Below the pieces are notes generated by a model, which worked only from the letters and a program-made list of their open reading frames with translations, did no database searches and was not told where the DNA came from. The position numbers and the translations under genes were made by a program. Positions 48,244-57,626 of a stretch of 64,000 nt of DNA are shown piece by piece. This DNA comes from Deltaproteobacteria bacterium (lineage in GTDB: Bacteria; Desulfobacterota; Desulfomonilia; UBA1062), in contig WFSG01000032.1 of the NCBI GenBank assembly GCA_015486075.1, positions 106,862 to 170,861 of the forward strand, given 5' to 3'. Positions within the stretch are counted from its first letter, which is position 1, and each line of letters starts with the position of its first letter.

Positions 48244-49605
48244 TTAATCATTGTTGCCTTCTCCAGGTATAACAATCAACTTCAAGTTCTTGACATCTTT
48301 AACCTTTACCGTATCACCTGGTTTGAGGTTTCCAGGGCCTTTGGCATGCCAGTATTCGCCGTGGCAAAATACTTGGCCATTGCCTTGTTCATTCCAGATA
48401 TAGACCTCTGCTGCTTCACCGATGAGGCCTTCCATGCCAGTCACCGCTGGTCTACTGTGTACCTTGATGACTAGGTATATGCATATGACGAAGAAGGCAG
48501 AAAAAAGAATGGCAATGGGTAGTATGACGCCCATTGATACTCTGGCATATAACTCTGGCGTCCTGAAGAGGAGTATTGAACCAAGTATGAAAGATATCAC
48601 GCCTCCCACAGTGAGTAATCCGAAGCTTGGAACCTTGATCTCGGCTATGAACAATATGATGGCAAGCAAGATCAATGCGATCCCTGCGTAGTTCACTGGT
48701 AGGGTATTGAAGGCAAAGAATGCCAGTATGAGTGAGATACCGCCTATCACCCCAGGAAGTATGGCACCCGGACTGGCCAATTCAAAGTACAGACCTGCAA
48801 GACCTATCATCATGAGTATATAGGCCACATTAGGATTTGATATCTTTGAAAGTAGCCGGTATCTGAATCCCATGGGTCTTTTTACTATGGTAGCGTCCTT
48901 GGTCTTTAGGACAAAGGTGGTTGAATTCTTTTTCACCTTCCTTCCATCAAGCTTGGTAAGGAGATCAGTAAGGTTATTTGCAATCAGGTCCACTACACCT
49001 TTTTTCAGCGCTTCCTCTGCCGGGGTTGATATGCTTTTACGTATGGCAGCCTCCGCCCATTTCTCATTTCTTCCACGCATGCGGGCGATGCTACGTACGT
49101 ACGCCACGGCATCATTAGTAACCTTTTCAACCATGGTTTTGTTTTCCCCCGATTTCTCACCGGAGGTGCCTATGCTAACGGGGTGAGCTGCACCAATATT
49201 TGTTCCGGGTGCCATAGCAGCAATGTCGGCGGCTATCGTTATAATAGCACCTGCAGATGCGGCCCTTGCCCCTTTTGGTCCCACATACACAACCACAGGT
49301 ATATTGGAATTCATCTCCTTCTTTACTATTTTTCTCATTGCAGTGTCCAGGCCGCCCGGGGTGTCAAGCTGGATTATAACAGCTGATGCACCGCTTGCTA
49401 TAGCATAATCTATGTTTTCGGAGATATACGATGCTATAGGGGGGGTAATGGCATCATTTACATTAAGTTGCACGACACTTGACGCCAGCGCTCTCAGGGG
49501 TAGAAGCATAATCATGACGGAGATTATGAACAGCCTGCTTTTTATTGTACCTAAGTGGGTACTGGTAAGCCCAATTCTTTTAACACCTTTTTTATATCTT
49601 CCCAT
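48244..49605 (-). CDS. nfeD: Membrane-bound serine protease NfeD (long form; start uncertain)
   Basis: LDTPGG, AASAG, APGTNIGAAHPV, a TM domain and a C-terminal OB fold (GEYW). Confidence 0.92.
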   Translation of the reverse strand: MGRYKKGVKRIGLTSTHLGTIKSRLFIISVMIMLLPLRALASSVVQLNVNDAITPPIASYISENIDYAIASGASAVIIQLDTPGGLDTAMRKIVKKEMNSNIPVVVYVGPKGARAASAGAIITIAADIAAMAPGTNIGAAHPVSIGTSGEKSGENKTMVEKVTNDAVAYVRSIARMRGRNEKWAEAAIRKSISTPAEEALKKGVVDLIANNLTDLLTKLDGRKVKKNSTTFVLKTKDATIVKRPMGFRYRLLSKISNPNVAYILMMIGLAGLYFELASPGAILPGVIGGISLILAFFAFNTLPVNYAGIALILLAIILFIAEIKVPSFGLLTVGGVISFILGSILLFRTPELYARVSMGVILPIAILFSAFFVICIYLVIKVHSRPAVTGMEGLIGEAAEVYIWNEQGNGQVFCHGEYWHAKGPGNLKPGDTVKVKDVKNLKLIVIPGEGNND

Positions 49606-50207
49606 ACGTCCCTCTTTTTTGATGGATTCTGTAGCAGATAGCTAGGGTGATATGTGGGCATTAACTTTATGCCCATAAAATCATGGAATCTGCCCCTTAG
49701 TTTGCTTAGTGGTGTACTAGTTACCAGCAGGTTTTGAGTTGCAACCCTTCCGAGCGCAACGATTATCTCAGGCCTAACCACCCCTATCTGTTCATGGAGA
49801 AATCCTATACATTTTTCAACTTCTCCTGGGAGTGGATCCCTGTTACCCGGTGGTCGGCACTTCAATATGTTTGCAATATAGACCTTAGACCTAGGGATAC
49901 CCATGCCTTTCTCTATTATATCTGTAAGTAACTTTCCCGCGGGCCCTACAAAGGGTCTCCCTGTCCTGTCCTCCATAGCACCCGGTGCTTCTCCTATGAA
50001 CATGACCCTGGCATCTGTGTTCCCTTCTCCAAATACGATGTTGCTTCTGGTTTTCCATAGGGGACACCTTCTACAATCACCTATCTCAGTCCGGATGGAT
50101 TCCATGCTGCTGTTCTTGGTATTGGTTGTTCTTGTTGGTGGCAGGATGACAAGATCTCCAATCCAGGATATTTCTTCTTTTAATGTCCCTATTAGTGAAT
50201 TTTTCAA
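49551..50207 (-). CDS. Uracil-DNA glycosylase family 4 (Fe-S)
   Basis: CRRCPL, GEAPG, PFVGPAG, KCRPPGNR and TYHPSY. Confidence 0.93.
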   Translation of the reverse strand: MKNSLIGTLKEEISWIGDLVILPPTRTTNTKNSSMESIRTEIGDCRRCPLWKTRSNIVFGEGNTDARVMFIGEAPGAMEDRTGRPFVGPAGKLLTDIIEKGMGIPRSKVYIANILKCRPPGNRDPLPGEVEKCIGFLHEQIGVVRPEIIVALGRVATQNLLVTSTPLSKLRGRFHDFMGIKLMPTYHPSYLLQNPSKKRDVWEDIKKVLKELGLPVPT

Positions 50208-51442
50208 ACCAGGCGCTCCGCTACCAAGTCAAGAATCTTATTAGCGAGTCTCTGCTTGGGCATGAGTTTAAATCTCTGGACAGTGCCTGATGGGGAGATG
50301 ATGCTACCTGTATTAGTATCTGAGGCAAAACCGCTACCCTTGCTTCCCACTTTGTTGGCAACTATAAGGTCAAGTGCCTTTGCTTCTAGTTTCTTCCCCG
50401 CGTTTTTTTCCAGGCTGTTGGTTTCTGCTGCAAAACCAACGAAGATTTTCTTACCCTTCTTATCTTTTATGCTTGCCAGTATATCAGTGCTTGACGTTAG
50501 TTCAAGTTTATATGTAACAGAGTTTAGCTTTTTAATCTTTTGTTTTTTGTATGTAGAGGGCACAAAATCTGCCACGGCTGCCGCCATTATCAGAACATCT
50601 GCCCAGTCGAGATGTTCTTTCACCGCATTGAACATATCATTTGCAGATCTTACCTCTATGACCTTTGCCCACGGTGCATAGTTTACGTTTACAGGCCCTG
50701 TTATGACCTTTACGCTAGCACCCCTAAGGCATGCGGCCTCTGTAATGGCCTGTCCCATTTTACCGGTTGATCTGTTTGTAATAAACCTTACAGGATCGAT
50801 ATCCTCTAAGGTGGGGCCTGATGTTATGAGTATTTTGATGCCTGATAGATCATTTGTGGAGATAATCTTCCTTGCCTCAAGAACTATCCTTTCGGGCTCC
50901 GGCAATCTTCCCTTGCCCTTCCAGCCGCATGCCAGCTCCCCTTCTCCAGGCTCCAGTACGTACATGCCAGCTGATTCGAGCATGGATATGTTGTCTTGTG
51001 TTAGCTTGTTTGTGTACATGTTTACATTCATCGAGGGGCATACCAGTACGGGTGATGTAGCAGCAAGCACGGTTGATGTAAGTAGGTTGTCAGCTATACC
51101 GTGTGCCAGCTTGGCTATTGTATTTGCCGTGGCTGGGGCGATAAGTATAAGATCAGCCTTGTCTGCAAGCGTTATATGGTTGATATTGATATTATTTGAT
51201 GCGATGTTCCCTTCGAACAGATCCGTGTAAACAGGATGTCCTGTAAGGGAGCTGAGCGTTGTTGGGGTGACAAATTCAGTTGCAGACTTGGTCATTATAG
51301 CATATACATCCATGCCTAGGGCAATGAGGCCCCTAGCTACCATAGGTACCTTGTAGGCAGCAATACCCCCGGTTATGCCTATTAAAACCGTTTTCTTAGG
51401 TTTTGATGGCTTTTCTATTCCGTTTTCTGTAGTGTTCTCCAT
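50204..51442 (-). CDS. coaBC: Bifunctional phosphopantothenoylcysteine decarboxylase/ligase
   Basis: GITGGIAAYK, APATAN, PSMN, LACG, IDPVRFITNRSTGKMG and GFAAET. Confidence 0.96.
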   Translation of the reverse strand: MENTTENGIEKPSKPKKTVLIGITGGIAAYKVPMVARGLIALGMDVYAIMTKSATEFVTPTTLSSLTGHPVYTDLFEGNIASNNININHITLADKADLILIAPATANTIAKLAHGIADNLLTSTVLAATSPVLVCPSMNVNMYTNKLTQDNISMLESAGMYVLEPGEGELACGWKGKGRLPEPERIVLEARKIISTNDLSGIKILITSGPTLEDIDPVRFITNRSTGKMGQAITEAACLRGASVKVITGPVNVNYAPWAKVIEVRSANDMFNAVKEHLDWADVLIMAAAVADFVPSTYKKQKIKKLNSVTYKLELTSSTDILASIKDKKGKKIFVGFAAETNSLEKNAGKKLEAKALDLIVANKVGSKGSGFASDTNTGSIISPSGTVQRFKLMPKQRLANKILDLVAERLV

Positions 51443-51849
51443 ATCTCTGCCCTTGTCCCGAGCGGGTTTTCAGTTATGAGTATGGTGCATATGCCGCCTG
51501 GCTTAGAGAAAAATAGCTTTATAGAGTCTCCGTAGCTGTATTTGTTGAGAAGGCGCCACCCATCCGAGGGCATAGAGGCAATGAAAAATTTCTTTAGAGA
51601 CTGGCTACTGACACGGCCGGTTATTACCAACCTGCCATACCTGTCCATGATGAACGTCTCACCATTGTCCTTGTTCATCTCTCCAGGTATTAGTATATCC
51701 GGGAAATCCAGATACTTTGGTTTTGGTGCTGTACGCTGGGATGACTTTATATTCTTGCTGGCTATCTCCTGCATCTTGGCGCATCCAGCCAGTATGGATC
51801 CTATGGCAAGGGTTATGATGGCAAAATAAACAGCAGTACTCTTTTTCAT
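51415..51849 (-). CDS. Hypothetical lipoprotein
   Basis: ATG 51849 follows AGGAGG; lipobox LAGC; YLDFPDILIP. Confidence 0.8.
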   Translation of the reverse strand: MKKSTAVYFAIITLAIGSILAGCAKMQEIASKNIKSSQRTAPKPKYLDFPDILIPGEMNKDNGETFIMDRYGRLVITGRVSSQSLKKFFIASMPSDGWRLLNKYSYGDSIKLFFSKPGGICTILITENPLGTRAEIWRTLQKTE

Positions 51850-51859
51850 AATTTCCTCC

Positions 51860-52483
51860 TTATAAAAATGGATTAAACCTCCTTTCGGTTCCAATGGTTG
51901 TCGCGGGCCCATGTCCAGGATACACCGTAACATCGTCACCGAGTGGAAGCAACTTGCTCTTTATGGAATTTATCAAGGTGTCGTAATCGCCACCTGGGAG
52001 ATCTGTTCTTCCTATAGATCCTGCAAAGAGAGTATCCCCTGCAAAGCAGGATTTGTTGCTGCGGGAGACAAGTGATATACCACCAGGTGAATGGCCTGGC
52101 GTGTGCAGCACCTCAAGGTAGGTGTTCCCGAAAACAACCTTGTCTCCCTCCTCCAGAAATCTGCTGGGGTTTGGAGGCTGGTCAATATTGACCCCGAAAA
52201 GTCTCGCCATCTTTGAAGCGACCTTTAGTACAGGTAGTTCTGCCTGGTGCATCATTATATCTACATTGAAGTAATCCTTTAGATCCCTGTTGGCACCTAT
52301 GTGGTCGACATGTGCATGAGTGTTCACGATCCCAACCAAACTAAAAGCCTGCGCCTCGATCTCTGCTATAATCCTTTGCCCCTCGCCACCTGGGTCTATT
52401 ACTATGGCCCTTTTGGTTGCCTCGTCTCCTAGTATAAAACAATTCGTCATGAACTCGGTGACAACTAGGGTCGTGATTAGCAT
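51860..52483 (-). CDS. MBL-fold metallo-hydrolase (glyoxalase II / YcbL-like)
   Basis: THAHVDH, HTPGHSPG, GDTLF, GRTD and YPGHG; ATG 52483 follows AGGAG. Confidence 0.92.
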   Translation of the reverse strand: MLITTLVVTEFMTNCFILGDEATKRAIVIDPGGEGQRIIAEIEAQAFSLVGIVNTHAHVDHIGANRDLKDYFNVDIMMHQAELPVLKVASKMARLFGVNIDQPPNPSRFLEEGDKVVFGNTYLEVLHTPGHSPGGISLVSRSNKSCFAGDTLFAGSIGRTDLPGGDYDTLINSIKSKLLPLGDDVTVYPGHGPATTIGTERRFNPFL

Positions 52484-52774
52484 AATTGCTCCTGTATTCC
52501 AAAGACATACTTGCATAACCAGCATGCATTAAAAATCCTTAATTTAAGTAAAGCAAAGCCCATGGTTCTCAAGTGATCCTGTAATCTGCTAGATAACAAT
52601 AATATACAAGTGATTCAAGGTCAACTCTTATCTTTTGAGTAGTTATTAGCATGCTATTATACTTTTTAGATACAAAAAAATGTATTTTTTTATATTTAAA
52701 GTAAATTTATGTTGATTTTATTTATTCAATAGCATATTATATTGCATATAAAGAAGCCATGATAGGAGGAACAC

Positions 52775-53893
52775 ATGAAGATAGGCATCCCGAAGGAAAC
52801 AAAAAGGCTGGAGAATAGGGTAGCCCTGATACCTGATGGGGCTAGGCTCTTAAGGGATGCTGGGCACGAGGTTTATGTGGAAAAGGACGCTGGACTTGGT
52901 GCCGGGTTTCAGGACGATGATTATACCAAGGCAGGTGCAGTCATTGTTAACTCCCATGAAGAGCTGTTTAAGGTCTCTGAGATGCTATACAAGGTTAAGG
53001 AGCCTTTGCCAGAGGAGTATAATCTATTGAGGGAGGGCCAGATCCTATACGCTTTTCTTCATCTTGCTGCGGCAGGTAAACTTGCAAAGGTACTTCTGGA
53101 GAAGGGTATTACATCAGTCGCTTTTGAGACTGTTCAGTTTAACAATGGTCATCTGCCCTTGCTGGAACCCATGAGCGAGGTGGCAGGTAGGCTAGCGGTT
53201 CAGGAAGGTGCAAAGTATCTGGAGAGCACCTATGGGGGTAGAGGCATATTACTTGGAGGCGTACCAGGTGTACCAAGGGCGGAAGTAATGATAATGGGCG
53301 CCGGGACAGTGGGGCTCAATGCTGCAAAGATAGCCCATGGTATGGGTGCCCATGTTAGCATATTGGATATAGACAAGGAGAGGTTGAAGTTCATTGATAA
53401 TATCTTCGATTCGGGGGTTGAGACAATTTATTCCGCTGCTTACAACATAGAGAGGTGTCTTAAAAAGGCCGATCTCCTTATAGCAGCGGTCCTTATTCCA
53501 GGTTGGTCCGCTCCGAAGTTAATAAAGAAGGAGCATATCTCTCTCATGAAAAAGGGATCTGTTATTGTTGATGTAGCAATAGACCAGGGAGGATGTTGCG
53601 AGACCTCCAGACCCACTTATCATGATAGCCCTATCTTTGTGGATAACGGGGTTGTACATTACTGTGTAACCAACATGCCTGGCGCTGTACCGCTTACATC
53701 TACCGTTGCACTGGCAGAAGCAACCCTACCCTATGCATTAAATATTGCAAATAAAGGTCTTGGTAAAGCTGTTAAAGAAGATAGTGCACTATTGAGGGGT
53801 ATTAATACCTACATGGGAAAAGTCACGCACATGGGCGTTGCCCAGAGCCTTGGCCTTCCTTTCAGAAAATTGGGTCCTGATGACATAAGGTAA
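52775..53893 (+). CDS. ald: Alanine dehydrogenase
   Basis: IGIPKE..ENRV, KVKEP, PMSEVAGR, DVAIDQGG and HYCVTNMPGAV. Confidence 0.96.
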   Translation: MKIGIPKETKRLENRVALIPDGARLLRDAGHEVYVEKDAGLGAGFQDDDYTKAGAVIVNSHEELFKVSEMLYKVKEPLPEEYNLLREGQILYAFLHLAAAGKLAKVLLEKGITSVAFETVQFNNGHLPLLEPMSEVAGRLAVQEGAKYLESTYGGRGILLGGVPGVPRAEVMIMGAGTVGLNAAKIAHGMGAHVSILDIDKERLKFIDNIFDSGVETIYSAAYNIERCLKKADLLIAAVLIPGWSAPKLIKKEHISLMKKGSVIVDVAIDQGGCCETSRPTYHDSPIFVDNGVVHYCVTNMPGAVPLTSTVALAEATLPYALNIANKGLGKAVKEDSALLRGINTYMGKVTHMGVAQSLGLPFRKLGPDDIR

Positions 53894-53901
53894 ACTTTAT
53901 C

Positions 53902-55875
53902 CTATTCTAGAGAAAGATCTATATAGCCCTGTCGACTATCCACACCAGCCACCAGGATATCTATGAGATCACCTATCTTGAGCGAACGTTCTTTTAGTTT
54001 GACTGACCTGTCTACAGATATCCTAGCTCCAGCTATCTCAGCCTCAGGTATAAGACCTTCGACGGGTGGATCCAGGATGTCTACAAATATGCCGTAAGGT
54101 TGTATGCCACTTATCACACCCTTGAACCTTTCGCCTAGGTGACCTTCCATATACCTAGTTTTCCTCAGCCTTATGATCTGCATAGTAGCATCCTGTATCA
54201 GTCTCTCTTTCTCCGAGATGGTGGGCGATATCTTCTTAAGATATGCCTGCCACCTGTTAAATTCTTTCTTTGCCATGCCTTGGCCTTTTATAACCTTTTT
54301 GAGTAAGCGGTGTATTATGATGTCAGGGTAACGTCTTATGGGAGATGTAAAGTGTAGATACTTGTCAAAGCCCAGGCCGAAGTGTCCCTTGTCAACGCTT
54401 GAATACTCTGCCTGTTTCAAAGAACGCAGTATCTGTCTGTTTATGAAGGTCTCGATCTCGCTATTGTAGACGCTATCAGTTATTTCCTGTAAAGCCTTGT
54501 TAAGGGTCTTTACCTCTTTCGTTGCCCTTTTGAGCTTATCTAGGTAATGATTGTCTATGCCAACGACCTCCAGTGTTTCTTTTAGTCTCGCTATATCACT
54601 CTCTGAAGGTGGTTCGTGCACGCGGTAGAGTACAGGCATCCTATGCTTTACTAAGATCTTGCACACGGCCCTGTTTGCAAGTATCATGCACTCTTCAATG
54701 ATCTTTTGTGATGGGTCCCTCTCCCTTTTAAATATGGACGTAACTGTCCCTTCGGTATTCATCTCTATGCCTATCTCGGGTAGGTCGAAGTCTAGGCTGC
54801 CCCTTGATTTTCTTTTCCTGTAAAGTATATTGGCCACCCTGTTTAATGTATGAAGCGCATCAATTATCAACGGGTCGTCAATAGGAGAAGGGGCCTTGCC
54901 CTCCATGTAAGGTCCTATATCTTCGTAGCACAGCCTTGCCCTGGAGCGTATAACTGCCTCGTAGCAAGTCTGTTCGATAACCTTGCCTAGTTTGCCCAGC
55001 CTTATTTCGACTACCACGGCCAACCTGTCTTCTCCGGGCTTGAGGCTTAGTTCTCCGTTTGAAAGCACCCCTGGCAGCATCGGTATGGCAATCTCTGGGA
55101 AATATACGCTGAATGATCTTTTAAAGGCCTCCTTGTCTAGCTCTTGTGATCCATCTATTACGGCTGTTACATCGGCTATGGCCACGGTTAGGAGATAGGT
55201 CCCGTCGGCTAGCTTTTCAATGCCGACTGCATCATCGAAATCCTTGGCATCTCTACCATCTATAGTAAAAAGAACCCTTCTCCTTATATCGCGCCTGCTT
55301 TGCACCTCTTTATCATAGTCTATATTCGATACCTCCCTTGCCGCTTTTTCAACCCCTTTTGAGAAAAGCCATGGGAGGGCGTAACTTGATACCACCTGTA
55401 CCAGGTCGGAGCTTGCATTTTCAGGTACACGCAAGCGGTCTATTACCATTGCTGTTCGCGACTTTGATCTTGGTTTCGCCTTGACTGGATCTAGCTTTGC
55501 TATTACTGCCTCGCCATCTTTTGCTTTATTCTCTGAACCGAATGGTACTATTATATTATATGGAAGCGGCTTAAAGGGTAAGATCATACCCCATTTCTCT
55601 AACCTCCGATAGTTGCCCCCTATAGTCTGTTCACGAGGTCGTACGATGGATGTAACCTTTCCCCTGAGGCCCTTTTTGTCCCTTCGGGTCCTGACCTCCA
55701 CTAGGTCTCCATCCACTGCCCCGGAGAGGTCACGTCTCGGTACAAATATGTCTGATTCAGAGTCCGAGTCCACTATGAAGGCGAAACCCTTTGGATTCCA
55801 ACTTACCCGGCCCCTGAACCTGAAACCCTTGCCCATGTTTTTCCTATATCTAGTGCTTTTCTTTTTGTGTTTCAT
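53902..55875 (-). CDS. rnr: Ribonuclease R (VacB/RNase II family)
   Basis: TIDGRDAKDFDDA, IEECMILAN, HFTSPIRRYPD and an S1 domain. Start moved to ATG 55875 because the track extension overlaps the divergent gene. Confidence 0.92.
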   Translation of the reverse strand: MKHKKKSTRYRKNMGKGFRFRGRVSWNPKGFAFIVDSDSESDIFVPRRDLSGAVDGDLVEVRTRRDKKGLRGKVTSIVRPREQTIGGNYRRLEKWGMILPFKPLPYNIIVPFGSENKAKDGEAVIAKLDPVKAKPRSKSRTAMVIDRLRVPENASSDLVQVVSSYALPWLFSKGVEKAAREVSNIDYDKEVQSRRDIRRRVLFTIDGRDAKDFDDAVGIEKLADGTYLLTVAIADVTAVIDGSQELDKEAFKRSFSVYFPEIAIPMLPGVLSNGELSLKPGEDRLAVVVEIRLGKLGKVIEQTCYEAVIRSRARLCYEDIGPYMEGKAPSPIDDPLIIDALHTLNRVANILYRKRKSRGSLDFDLPEIGIEMNTEGTVTSIFKRERDPSQKIIEECMILANRAVCKILVKHRMPVLYRVHEPPSESDIARLKETLEVVGIDNHYLDKLKRATKEVKTLNKALQEITDSVYNSEIETFINRQILRSLKQAEYSSVDKGHFGLGFDKYLHFTSPIRRYPDIIIHRLLKKVIKGQGMAKKEFNRWQAYLKKISPTISEKERLIQDATMQIIRLRKTRYMEGHLGERFKGVISGIQPYGIFVDILDPPVEGLIPEAEIAGARISVDRSVKLKERSLKIGDLIDILVAGVDSRQGYIDLSLE

Positions 55876-55963
55876 TGTGTTGACTAAGCTAACAATAGAT
55901 GTTGACTTGTTCAACGCTAAATAAGTAGACTTATCATGTTTTAATCTCGAGGGGAGAAAGTGG

Positions 55964-56434
55964 ATGCCAAAGAAGGTGCTAATTTTTCTGGTATTAGCTG
56001 TTCTTATAGTTGCCTTTATGTTTCTTGGTATGTCCAGGCATAAGATTTCTACAGGTCTTTTATTATCTAGGGCAAAGCCCAAGAAGGTAGTTATACAGGA
56101 ACTTGAAACCTCCAGTGAACACAGGACATTTAAGACCTCTGACATGGAAGGTCACTGGGTATTCTTTATACACTTTCCTGATAGGACTTTGGCGTTTGAC
56201 ATGTTCATGGACAGGAATGGTAAGATAATAAGGTCTAACAGATCGGGTATGGCAGGTGCCTTGTTCGTTGTGGACAGCAGAGGTAAAGTTCATGCCTCTG
56301 CGCCAGGGCTTGTTATAGACGGGGTCCTTGGCGCGAGCACTTCATACATGAGGGGTGTCATAAAGGAGAAGCGAAGAAGGGGGCCCTTGTGGTTTTCTGC
56401 ATGCAAGGTCTCCGGTGAAAATGCATGTAGATAG
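55964..56434 (+). CDS. Hypothetical membrane-anchored/exported protein
   Basis: N-terminal hydrophobic helix, beta-rich C-terminus, GAGGGG SD. Confidence 0.65.
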   Translation: MPKKVLIFLVLAVLIVAFMFLGMSRHKISTGLLLSRAKPKKVVIQELETSSEHRTFKTSDMEGHWVFFIHFPDRTLAFDMFMDRNGKIIRSNRSGMAGALFVVDSRGKVHASAPGLVIDGVLGASTSYMRGVIKEKRRRGPLWFSACKVSGENACR

Positions 56435-56470
56435 TAAAGAAATCAATACAGCCGAGGATATTGATTAGAT

Positions 56471-57094
56471 GTGAAGGTATCAAAAGTATATGGTCCTGAA
56501 GTCAGGCTAAAACAGATTGGTTCGGAATACGTCGTAGAAAAGACATACAGGGATAAAATCTTACCTGTACGTGTAGTGGGTGCATGCCTTGTCAGCTGGG
56601 AAGCGTTCATTTACTCTAAATTGGATGGGGTACGGGGTATACCCACCTTGCTAGGAAGGCCAGATCCATGCACACTTGTAACCAGGTACATGGACGGTGA
56701 TAACCTGAGAGAGACAGCTAGAAGACCAGGCAGGTCTTATTTTGACAAGCTCGCTGAGATTATCAGTAATATTCATGCAAGGGGTGTTGTACACCTGGAT
56801 CTCAGGAACAGGAGGAATTATGGAATCGATACTGAGGGCATGCCCTATGTGATCGACTTTGGTTCAAGCCTTTATGTTCCATGGCCTAAATTCCTGAGGC
56901 AGGTGCTAGGGAAACTGGACTGGATGGGTTTCTTGAAGGTAAAGGCTAAGCTTGCGCCATGGTTGGTTAGTGCTGATGAAAGGGGAAGACTTGTTAGGGG
57001 TAGCTTATTGAGCTACTTATGGGTGGTAGATAGTATACCCAGGGCTATCCGGAGATTCATACGCTATCTTCGCCTGCGGTTTCTTCACCAGTAG
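56471..57094 (+). CDS. Compact protein-kinase-like protein (RIO1/Kdo-kinase-like)
   Basis: VVEK, a conserved Glu helix, HARGVVHLDLRNRRN and VIDFG. Confidence 0.8.
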   Translation: MKVSKVYGPEVRLKQIGSEYVVEKTYRDKILPVRVVGACLVSWEAFIYSKLDGVRGIPTLLGRPDPCTLVTRYMDGDNLRETARRPGRSYFDKLAEIISNIHARGVVHLDLRNRRNYGIDTEGMPYVIDFGSSLYVPWPKFLRQVLGKLDWMGFLKVKAKLAPWLVSADERGRLVRGSLLSYLWVVDSIPRAIRRFIRYLRLRFLHQ

Positions 57095-57347
57095 CACTCT
57101 TCTTTTTGCTAAGCTCTTCAATCCTACGATTCATTTCTCTCATTCGCTTGTTGTAAGCCACACGTTCTGATATTCCAGTTAAAAAGAGGGGAACCATCCC
57201 TGCAAAGAAGAAAACCATGATCAAGGCCCACAGTGGAAATGAGAACATGAGCTGATAATCTAGGAAAGACAGCACATAATGCTGTGTATTATTTATACCG
57301 AATATGATTAGGAGAAACGTCAATAGAATTATGCTTAGTGATTTCAT
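57057..57347 (-). CDS. LapA (DUF1049) family membrane protein; start ATG 57347 or GTG 57356
   Basis: Two TMs, FGINN..., PLWALI..FFAG and a coiled-coil tail. Confidence 0.75.
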   Translation of the reverse strand: MKSLSIILLTFLLIIFGINNTQHYVLSFLDYQLMFSFPLWALIMVFFFAGMVPLFLTGISERVAYNKRMREMNRRIEELSKKKSATGEETAGEDSV

Positions 57348-57562
57348 ATATTGCACCAAGTGGATAATAGAATATTTCTGATTTTATATCAATCATATTT
57401 AGCCGAGTTCTCTGGTACCTAGGTCGTAGGTTACCCGTTGACTTGGCACCTCGCTGCCTTGCCCTTTGTAGAATGTCTAATCATGCCAAGTTATTATTTA
57501 TCTAAGGCTGCTGGAAGAATGATATTAGGCAGGGCGGTTCCGGGAGAGCCTGAGTTTCCATG

Positions 57563-57591
57563 TTGACATTGATTGGAAGAGACTTTATATA
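57563..57591 (+). promoter_or_regulatory. Sigma70 promoter of the hrcA operon
   Basis: TTGACA-17-TATATA directly upstream of CIRCE. Confidence 0.65.
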
Positions 57592-57596
57592 CAGTG

Positions 57597-57623
57597 TTAG
57601 CAATCTAGTTGGGTGAGTGCTAA
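57597..57623 (+). promoter_or_regulatory. CIRCE element (HrcA operator)
   Basis: TTAGCAATC-N9-GAGTGCTAA has one mismatch to consensus and ends 3 nt before the hrcA ATG. Confidence 0.95.
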
Positions 57624-57626
57624 TAT

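Noticed and set aside
55876-56145. N-terminal extension of rnr in the ORF track
   Set aside because: It overlaps the divergent gene and promoter region and has no RNase R similarity.
57444-57459. TGGCAC...TGC as a sigma54 promoter
   Set aside because: The GG-to-GC spacing is one base short of the required 10 nt.
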